From assembly GCA_913063835.1 (NCBI GenBank), contig CAJXZV010000002.1, forward strand, positions 1-58,726: a stretch of 58,726 nt of DNA, in the 5' to 3' direction. How positions within the stretch are numbered: the first letter of the stretch is position 1; the number at the start of each line of letters is the position of its first letter. Under the pieces are notes generated by a model that did no database searches, was not told where the DNA came from, and saw only the letters and a program-made list of their open reading frames with translations. The stretch is from an uncultured Eubacteriales bacterium (GTDB taxonomy: Bacteria > Bacillota > Sulfobacillia > UBA995 > UBA9673). A program made the position numbers and the translations under genes. Shown here piece after piece: positions 37,910 to 45,207 of this stretch.

Positions 37910-39276
37910 CGGGCCTGTGAACGGAGGACCGTCTGACGGGTCGAGTCGGGCCGCGTGGCCCTTTCCAACAAGAAACCGACCTGGGGATGGAGCTCCCTTG
38001 CCCGGTCGATCACGGCAGGAATGCGGTCGCTCAGATGTTCGCGGACACGGTGTCTCTGTTCCCATAGAGAGACGGACGCGGCGGCAAGCTGCGGAGGGCT
38101 CAGCGTCTCGATACGATGGACCCACTGCCGAAGCCCCAGCTCCCGCATGATGCCCTCAGCCTTAGGACCCCAATAACCGATCACGAGTGTTGGAACCAAT
38201 TCGGACAGTGCGAAAATCGCCGAGTGGAAGCGCGTGGCTATCATCATGTCCATTCTTGCATAGCAAGCCTTTAAGACCTGGGCTGGAATCTCTCCCTCGA
38301 CAACGGTCACTCGTCTGCAATGAGGCAATGACTGCCCCAGTGCACGAGAAGCCCGGCGGTCGTCCTCGAACTCTCCGGGTCCGGTGCAGTGCGGCCATAT
38401 CACGACGTGAACGGGCGTGGTCTCGAGTAGCCGTTCGATTGCGGCGCGAAGAGAGGCCAGGTAAACCTCTCGCGCAGAGGGCCACTGCCTCACTGTCACG
38501 CCCACCAGGGGCCTGCCCCGAGGAACTCCGTACTTCCTCAAAAGGCGGTCCGCTACAGCCGGGGGACCTGATGGGAGGCCGAAAGCCAGGTCAGGAACCA
38601 CGGCAACGGGGGCCCGAACGCGGAGTCGAGGAAGGAGCTCCGCTGACAGAGATTCTCTCACGAGAATCAGGGCGGCGTGGTCCAGCACCTTCCGAGCGAG
38701 CCAGGCTTGAAATCTCGTGGCGAACGGACCGATGGACTGTCCGTATAGAACGAAAGGGATTCGGCCGCGGCGGGCCAACACAAAGGGGAACAGGACCCGC
38801 CAGAGGCGCAGGGTGGACCTGAGACTGCGCTCCCCGAACAGGAAGCCTCCCCCCTTGCTCACCACCAAGTCGACGCGTGACAAGACGAGGAGGGTCTCTC
38901 GCTCGCGAGCCGACCACAGCCACGAGGGCACAGGAATCCCCAAGGCAACACAAAGGCTGCGAACAAGGCAGAACGCGGCCAGGGCGGCGTCAGTCCAACG
39001 GTCTCGCCACGAGCGGTTGCCAGGGTGTGGGCCCCGCTGGATTGGGACTATGGGGAAAACAGACCCGAGAACCCTGTCGCCAAAGATGTCGCGCGAGTCG
39101 GAGTGGTCATGTCGAAACCGCCAGTCTGAAGCTGAGAACTCGGACATGAGCCAGAGGCGCGCCGAGGGAAATCGGTCCACAAGCCGGTCCGCGAGGCAAC
39201 GCACAATCGCCGCGTCGCCACTGTTCCTGTCGGACCAGCCGTGAGCGACGAGTATTTCCGGCCCCCGACTTTGCAT
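37906..39276 (-). CDS. Polysaccharide pyruvyl transferase family protein (CsaB/WcaK-like)
   Basis: ..ILVAHGWSDRNSGDAAI.., ..SKGGGFLFGE.., ..VLYGQSIGPF.., ..TRFHSAIFAL... ATG 39276. Sampled lines are about 50-55% GC against about 70% in the flanks. Confidence 0.8.
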   Translation of the reverse strand: MQSRGPEILVAHGWSDRNSGDAAIVRCLADRLVDRFPSARLWLMSEFSASDWRFRHDHSDSRDIFGDRVLGSVFPIVPIQRGPHPGNRSWRDRWTDAALAAFCLVRSLCVALGIPVPSWLWSARERETLLVLSRVDLVVSKGGGFLFGERSLRSTLRLWRVLFPFVLARRGRIPFVLYGQSIGPFATRFQAWLARKVLDHAALILVRESLSAELLPRLRVRAPVAVVPDLAFGLPSGPPAVADRLLRKYGVPRGRPLVGVTVRQWPSAREVYLASLRAAIERLLETTPVHVVIWPHCTGPGEFEDDRRASRALGQSLPHCRRVTVVEGEIPAQVLKACYARMDMMIATRFHSAIFALSELVPTLVIGYWGPKAEGIMRELGLRQWVHRIETLSPPQLAAASVSLWEQRHRVREHLSDRIPAVIDRARELHPQVGFLLERATRPDSTRQTVLRSQAR

Positions 39277-39524
39277 TCGCGCCCCCCGGCAATCGTCTGG
39301 GCACGCGAGGTGAGAACCACGCGCCGGTCTGCATGCCGCGTCATTCCGTCGGTTCTCTCCTGAAAGGAGCCCCCCCTTCCTGCCCGTTGCCCAAGAAGGG
39401 CCGAGCATGAAACCCCCGGGCGTCTCCCTTCTATACTGCAACGGAAGCGGGGCCACAGTATCTGAGACGGGGCGGTTCGTCTGGGACTGCGAGTCTTGAG
39501 CGCACCCGGGTCGAGGCGGTGTCC

Positions 39525-40649
39525 ATGAGAGGCAGGAGGGCCGCTGTCGCCGTGATTCTGGCCGGAGGTGAGGGGCGGCGCTTCTGGCCGGTGTCAACCC
39601 CGGAGGTGCCCAAGCAGTTCCTGAGGTTGTTCGGCAACCGGAGTCTCCTGCAGGAGACCGTGGAGCGCCTGAAGGGCCTCATCCCCGAGGACCGCATCCT
39701 CGTCGCGACCAGTGAGAACCATGCCGCCACAATCCTCTGCCATCTCCCGGCCCTGCCGGCCGAGAACATAATCACCGAACCCATGCCCCGCAACACCGCG
39801 GCGGGCGCCGCCCTGAGCGCTCTGCACATCCGTCGCCGCTTCGGCGACGTGCCCGTCGCCGTCCTGCCCTCCGACCACTGGATAGGCGACCCGGCCGGTT
39901 TCAGGACCGCGCTCGGGCGGGCCCTGTCCCACTGCCGGACCTTTGCCGGGCTCATCACCTTCGGCGTGAGGCCTACGCGGCCGGAGACCGGCTACGGCTA
40001 TATCGAGGTGGGCCCTGAAGCGGAGAACGGCTTCCACCGGGTCGTCCGCTTCATCGAAAAGCCTGGCCCAGAGGAGGCCCGGATGCTGTCAGCCTCTGGC
40101 GCGCATCTTTGGAACACCGGCATGTTCGTGTGGCGCAACGAGGTCTTCCTCTCGGAACTCCGGACCCACCAGCCTGCGATGGCCCGCGCGTTCAGCGCCC
40201 TCTTCCCGCAGCTCGGGTCAGAGGAATACCCCCGGCGCCTTCGGGACACCTTCCAGCGCCTCGAGCCCGTATCCCTCGATCACGGCGTCATGGAACGCTC
40301 CCGGAACCTGAGAGTCCTCCCGGTCGATTTCGAGTGGGACGACGTCGGGTCCTGGGCGGCGCTGGCGAGACACCTGGAGCCCGACCGGGATGGAAATATC
40401 GTCCTCGGCGAGGGGGCGGTCGTCGTCGGCTGTCGGAACTGCGTCGTCTACTCCCAGGGGCAGACCGTGGGCGTCGTGGCGGCAAGGGACCTGGTGGTGG
40501 CGGCAGCAAAGAGCGGAATCCTCGTCGCCCCCCTCGAACGGAGCGGTGACATCAAAGGCATGCTTGATGCCCTGGGCGCGGCTCGGCGGCCGCAACGGAA
40601 GCAAGGGCCACCGTCACCCACAGGTGCCGCCAGTGGAGGGTGTCGATGA
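39525..40649 (+). CDS. manC: Mannose-1-phosphate guanylyltransferase (NTP-transferase family)
   Basis: ..AVILAGGEGRRFWPVSTPEVPKQFL.., ..GYGYIE.., ..FIEKP.., ..WNTGMFVW... The last 30 or so codons overlap the convergent gene and look like low-complexity read-through. Confidence 0.85.
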   Translation: MRGRRAAVAVILAGGEGRRFWPVSTPEVPKQFLRLFGNRSLLQETVERLKGLIPEDRILVATSENHAATILCHLPALPAENIITEPMPRNTAAGAALSALHIRRRFGDVPVAVLPSDHWIGDPAGFRTALGRALSHCRTFAGLITFGVRPTRPETGYGYIEVGPEAENGFHRVVRFIEKPGPEEARMLSASGAHLWNTGMFVWRNEVFLSELRTHQPAMARAFSALFPQLGSEEYPRRLRDTFQRLEPVSLDHGVMERSRNLRVLPVDFEWDDVGSWAALARHLEPDRDGNIVLGEGAVVVGCRNCVVYSQGQTVGVVAARDLVVAAAKSGILVAPLERSGDIKGMLDALGAARRPQRKQGPPSPTGAASGGCR

Positions 40650-41925
40650 AGAGCGAGTAGACCACAAGGAAGACCATATAGCCCAGCAGGGCCAGGCCCA
40701 GCGGCTCCTGGGGCCGACGCCCCCCGTGGCGGGCGGCGTGAAGTGCGGCCCGTGCCAGACCGGTGACCAGAACCGCCATGAGAGCAACGAACACGAGCAG
40801 GGATACAGGTCCCGTCTCGGCCAGGAGGCGCACGTAGGTGCTGTGGGCCGCCATCCCGGTCTGGAGTTCGTAAGACCCCGGCCCATGGCCGAAGAAGTCG
40901 ATTCTCGACAGGCCCTGGACCTGGTTGGCAAAACGGTCCGCGTCGTACGGTTGGAGCGCAATCCGGCTCACAATGAAGCCGAGCCGGCCGACCGCCAGTT
41001 CGTACAACCCCGCCAGGGCGAGAAGGAGGGCCAGATGAACCGCCTGGCTAATAAGGAGGCGGCTTCGAGCGCGCATCGTCCAAGCGTACAGGCCTACGGC
41101 CACCAGGCCGCCGCAGGCCAGGCCGAGCCAGGTCCCACGCGATGCGCTTTCCAGAGTCGCGACGATGAAGAGAAGGAGGACCCCGTCCCGCACCCACCGG
41201 GACAGGAAGGCACGCCTCGATGCGCACCGCCCGTGGGTGCCTCCGGCGGTCCCCACAAGCCAGTCGAAGAGAGCCACAAGGAGGCCGAAGGCGACGAAGC
41301 TCCCGAACACATTGGGGTCCTTGAAGGTCGCCTGAGCGCGGTCGACGACGTCGTCGAAGCAGAAGGCCTCCAACAGCGGCCCCCCGAGAGCCACGCCGAG
41401 GACACCGAGAACCCCTGTGATTGCGGCGGCGGCGGTCCACCCCTTGACCGCAGCCGTGCGCAAGCCCGGGTCGCTGAAGGCCGCGCCGAGCCACAGACCG
41501 ACCAGCACCAGATACATGGTGATGAACTGGAACCGGAGGGCCGCGGCGAGGTGGCGACTGTGGGCGACCGAGACCGCGCCCAGGACGGCAAAGGCTATCA
41601 GGACCGGGAGAACCCCCGGCGCGAGACATCTCCGCCAGGGAGCCCCGACCCCGACCCGGCTCCTTGCGCGGGCCTCGAGGAGCGTCAGGAGGGCGAGGGC
41701 AAGCCACATGACGTCCACCGGAGCGGGCTCGATGTAGACCAATCCCGACCACGCGAATGTCTGGTAGAAGGCCAGCTCGAGCGAACGTCGGGCGACCGCC
41801 ACGGTGAGGAGCACGGCCACTGTGAGGAGACCGAGCCGCCATTGGAGGCCGAGAAGACGCCAGGGAGGAAGGTAGGCCATGACGGCCAGGACCGTCACGA
41901 CGGTCGTCCGCGTGGGGGTCATCAT
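40552..41925 (-). CDS. O-antigen ligase/polymerase-like (Wzy_C) polytopic membrane protein
   Basis: About 11 TM segments. ..ESASRGTWLGLACGG.. and ..GMAAHSTYVRLLAETG.. are Wzy_C hallmarks. There is a 4-bp overlap with the upstream gene. Confidence 0.75.
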   Translation of the reverse strand: MMTPTRTTVVTVLAVMAYLPPWRLLGLQWRLGLLTVAVLLTVAVARRSLELAFYQTFAWSGLVYIEPAPVDVMWLALALLTLLEARARSRVGVGAPWRRCLAPGVLPVLIAFAVLGAVSVAHSRHLAAALRFQFITMYLVLVGLWLGAAFSDPGLRTAAVKGWTAAAAITGVLGVLGVALGGPLLEAFCFDDVVDRAQATFKDPNVFGSFVAFGLLVALFDWLVGTAGGTHGRCASRRAFLSRWVRDGVLLLFIVATLESASRGTWLGLACGGLVAVGLYAWTMRARSRLLISQAVHLALLLALAGLYELAVGRLGFIVSRIALQPYDADRFANQVQGLSRIDFFGHGPGSYELQTGMAAHSTYVRLLAETGPVSLLVFVALMAVLVTGLARAALHAARHGGRRPQEPLGLALLGYMVFLVVYSLFIDTLHWRHLWVTVALASVAAAEPRPGHQACL

Positions 41926-44084
41926 CTTCCGGACAAAGCCTCCTCGACGTCGCGAAGAAGCCTTTGGGCCGCGGAGTTCTGCGGGTTGACGGACAGCGAC
42001 CGCTCGGCGAAGGCCCGAGCGGACTGGGGGTCACCCAGGTGGAAGGCAGACTCCCCGGCTAGGGCGTAGATGTCGTCCTCCAGGTGCCCGACGGCCGTTC
42101 GGGCCGCACCGTTGAGCATGAGAACGTCCCACCAGCCGAGAATCTCCGTCACCTCGGTCAGGGCGTCACGGTGGCGCCCCTCGTCGGCGTACATCCTCGC
42201 CAGTCGGTAGCGGTACTCAGGCATGTACGGGGCGATGTCCACGGCTTGGCGGAGAGAGGCGGTCGCCGCCCCGTGGTCACCGGACTCCGCGAGGACCTCT
42301 GCCTTCACGTACCAGAGGTTGGGGTTCCTGGGGTCGAGGCGGATGGCGGCCTCCAGCTCGTCCAGGGCCATGGCCCTGAGGTCGGCCCCTCCGCCGTCGG
42401 AGAGGGCGGCCATCCGGTCCAGGAAGGTGGCGAGCAGGTAGTGCGGGGTCGGGTCGAGGGGGTTCAGCCGGGTGGCCAGAAAGAGCCGATTCAGTCCCTC
42501 CTCCCACCGGCCGCCCGACGCCAACCGGTAGCCGCTGTGGGCCGTCGCCATGGAGAGAGCCGGGAGGCACACCACGACCGCCAGGCCGACGAGCCCCACG
42601 CGCACGAGGAGACCGGGCCCACGTCGCCCCGCCCCTCGGCCGGTCTCCCGGCGGGGAGCACGCGTCCGGGTTCGTCCGCCTCCATCTCCCGGCCGCACCG
42701 GGGGTAGGGCGAACAGGCAGAAGGTCCCGAGCATCAGCCAGAGCACGGCCTGGACGGCCGGCACACTCAGGGCGAGGTCGAGGGCCGTGTGGAGGACCAC
42801 GAGCACGAAGCCTCCCCCCAGACCGCGCAGGAGGTCCGCGTCGGAGTCCTCCGCCCGGCTCTGGACCTGCCTTCGTGCGGATCGCAGGACCAGCAGACCC
42901 GCCACGACGACACCCAGCCACGCGACGACCCCCACCACCCCGGTCTCGGCCCACACCTGGAGGTAGTGGGAATGGGCCTCGGAGGCGTAGTACCGCGGGT
43001 GGACCTGGTAGGAGAGGTGGACCTTTGCGAACGTGCCGGCACCGGTGCCGGTCAACGGCTGGTCGGCGATGACATCCGCGGCCGCCGCCCAGAAGGCCAG
43101 GCGGCCGCCGGGGCCGGCGCTGAGGGAGGAGATGAGCGCGGTAAGGCCGGAGGAAGGTGCGCCGCCCTCGGCCCCGGGCCAGGGGGGCTCCCCGGACCCC
43201 GGGGGGGGCTCCCCCCCGGCGAGGCCGTCGGGCGGAGTTCCCGGGTCGGTCTGCTCGGGAAGAGTCCCCGGTTCGCTCAGGCGGAGGCGGTGCTGCCACA
43301 CCCTGAGGAAAGAGTCCACGGCCAGGGGCTCCCCGGTGACGACGGGCTTGAGCAGGACCACCGCCGAGAACAGGGCCAGACCGAGCAGGCCGGCCGTGAC
43401 CAGCCTTTTCAGCCTGAGGCGGCGCCCCCATGCCGAGGGGCCCCACCACACCAACACCAGGGCCGCCGGGAGGACGAGCAGGAGGCCGCGCGAGTTGGCG
43501 CCGAGGAGAGCGGCGACGGCCAGTCCGCCGAGGACCGTGTGCAGCCACCAGGGGAAGGGCCGGTCGGCCCAGGGCAACCTCCCGCTCCATGCCATCAGGA
43601 GACACAGCGCGCACCCGGCGAACGGGGCGAAGGCGTTGGGGTAGGTGAAGGTGCCGCTGAGCCGGAGCCGGGGGAAATGTCCACCAGGGCTGAGGAGGTA
43701 GTCCGCCAACCCGTAGGCGCAGGCCAGCGACACCGCCAGCAATACCGCCCCCCAGAGCCGTCGGGCCCCTTCGTGCCCCAGGCTGAAGGCGGTCAGGTAG
43801 AGGAGGGTGAGGAAGAGCAGGAGATCGAGGGAGTAGAGGACGGTCCCCTGGGGGTAGACGGACCACACGATGCTGATGAGGGCTGCAGAGACATACAGGC
43901 CGAGCCAGACCGCCAGCCGGCGGACTTCCGGCCCGCCTGCGGCCAGCCGACCGGGAAGGCGGCGGTCCCACGCGCACAGGACCAGGCCCACGGCCAGGAG
44001 CGCCGTGGTGAGCCTGAGGTCCGCGCCCCCACCGGCCAGGAGGCTCAGGCAGAAGACCGCCGTCGTCAAGAAGGCCAGGGCCAT
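41922..44084 (-). CDS. Wzy_C (O-antigen ligase-like) membrane domain fused to C-terminal TPR repeats
   Basis: ..GANSRGLLLVLPA.., ..SEAHSHYLQVWAETGVVG.., then a TM helix and TPR-like ..NPNLWYVKAEVLAESGDHGAATASLRQAVDIAPYMPEYRYRLARMYADEGRHRDA... Confidence 0.75.
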   Translation of the reverse strand: MALAFLTTAVFCLSLLAGGGADLRLTTALLAVGLVLCAWDRRLPGRLAAGGPEVRRLAVWLGLYVSAALISIVWSVYPQGTVLYSLDLLLFLTLLYLTAFSLGHEGARRLWGAVLLAVSLACAYGLADYLLSPGGHFPRLRLSGTFTYPNAFAPFAGCALCLLMAWSGRLPWADRPFPWWLHTVLGGLAVAALLGANSRGLLLVLPAALVLVWWGPSAWGRRLRLKRLVTAGLLGLALFSAVVLLKPVVTGEPLAVDSFLRVWQHRLRLSEPGTLPEQTDPGTPPDGLAGGEPPPGSGEPPWPGAEGGAPSSGLTALISSLSAGPGGRLAFWAAAADVIADQPLTGTGAGTFAKVHLSYQVHPRYYASEAHSHYLQVWAETGVVGVVAWLGVVVAGLLVLRSARRQVQSRAEDSDADLLRGLGGGFVLVVLHTALDLALSVPAVQAVLWLMLGTFCLFALPPVRPGDGGGRTRTRAPRRETGRGAGRRGPGLLVRVGLVGLAVVVCLPALSMATAHSGYRLASGGRWEEGLNRLFLATRLNPLDPTPHYLLATFLDRMAALSDGGGADLRAMALDELEAAIRLDPRNPNLWYVKAEVLAESGDHGAATASLRQAVDIAPYMPEYRYRLARMYADEGRHRDALTEVTEILGWWDVLMLNGAARTAVGHLEDDIYALAGESAFHLGDPQSARAFAERSLSVNPQNSAAQRLLRDVEEALSGR

Positions 44085-44158
44085 GGCCGCTCCCCCGTCA
44101 CTGTGCGGGGTGTTTCGCCTCCGGGGCGCGGGTCACCTCCTACTTCAGTCAGAGATGG

Positions 44159-44623
44159 TCATGGCCGGGGGGAAAACCTTCTCAATTCTCCCCCCTTCTC
44201 ACCCTCATGCGCGTCGATTACATCGAGCAATACCCGATAAAGTTTCCGAATGTCATCGAGCTCTTCCCGAAGAATCCTGTAGACCACCTCCACGTCAATG
44301 CGATTGTACAGGTGAACCACCCGATTCCGGAATTGAATCATACTGATATACCGATCCCGGTCCGCGGGGTTGATAACTTCAGCCTGCGTCAAGATTTCAA
44401 TCACTTCTGCATTAGAGCTTGGGGTCCTCAACCCCAATTCGGCGATGACATAGCTTCCGATGTCGATGAGGGCCTGGATTGAGGTCTGGAGTCTGTGGAG
44501 GGCCGAATCGATATTTCGAAAATCGGAGCAAAATTCTTGGTAGCTTTTGGCCCGTAAGAACTCAAGTTTCTCGATGTTCTCGGGAACTACTTCAAGCTTG
44601 CTCTGGACGTCCGCTTTTCTCAC
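44159..44623 (-). CDS. hepT: HepT (DUF86) toxin of a type VII HepT/MNT toxin-antitoxin pair
   Basis: Rx4HxY active-site motif in ..QFRNRVVHLYNRI... GTG 44623 forms a GTGA overlap with the MNT stop. About 50% GC. Confidence 0.85.
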   Translation of the reverse strand: MRKADVQSKLEVVPENIEKLEFLRAKSYQEFCSDFRNIDSALHRLQTSIQALIDIGSYVIAELGLRTPSSNAEVIEILTQAEVINPADRDRYISMIQFRNRVVHLYNRIDVEVVYRILREELDDIRKLYRVLLDVIDAHEGEKGGELRRFSPRP

Positions 44624-45075
44624 GTGAGGCCGCACCTCCGCAGCCACCCTTCCCTCTGAAATCGCCGCATCCAGCGGAGGGTCGGCTCGAAATCCAGGTA
44701 GGCTTGGATAACCTTCCATTCGTAGTGCCGGCGGGCCTCAGGGTTCGCATCATAAATTACCTGGCCGGTGCGCAGCACGGTGTGCTGAAAGCTGAGCGAG
44801 CACTTGTTGAGGGAGACCACGTCGACCTCCCGAGGTCCACCATTCAAAACCCGGAAGATCCGATGGGCCAAAAGGCCCTCGACGCGGGCCAGGGCTACGC
44901 CCGTTGGGGCGGTCTCGTCGAGCAACAGGGCGATATCCAAATCGCTCAGCATGCCAGCCAGCCCTCGAACGGTAGACCCATACTGGTAGGCGGCGATGAT
45001 ACAAGGATAGTCCTTGAAAGCGTCCGCCAGCCTCGCCCTTTGGTCCTCGCCCAGCAAGCCCGGTTTTGTTCCCAT
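44620..45075 (-). CDS. mntA: MNT (minimal nucleotidyltransferase) antitoxin
   Basis: ..YQYGSTVRGLAGMLSDLDIALLL.. (GSx10DxD). ATG 45075 is preceded by GAGGGAGG. Confidence 0.85.
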   Translation of the reverse strand: MGTKPGLLGEDQRARLADAFKDYPCIIAAYQYGSTVRGLAGMLSDLDIALLLDETAPTGVALARVEGLLAHRIFRVLNGGPREVDVVSLNKCSLSFQHTVLRTGQVIYDANPEARRHYEWKVIQAYLDFEPTLRWMRRFQREGWLRRCGLT

Positions 45076-45149
45076 TCAAAGGCCTCCCTCAATCGATGGG
45101 CCTGCGCCCCTGAGGCGGAACCGCTCTTCGCCCCGCTCTCGACCGAAGT

Positions 45150-45207
45150 TCCGGGGATGAACCCTTCACTTACAAGATACTCCATGGGCGACCTGTAGCC
45201 AAGTCGC
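45150..45207 (-). mobile_element. Possible 3'-terminal relic of an IS3-family (rve) transposase
   Basis: Minus-strand frame reads ..RRLGYRSPMEYLVSEGF.. (LGYRSPMEY at 45203-45177). This resembles the conserved ..HS.LGY.SP.E(Y/F).. C-terminus of DDE integrases. Only about 10 residues survive, so a chance match is possible. Confidence 0.2.
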
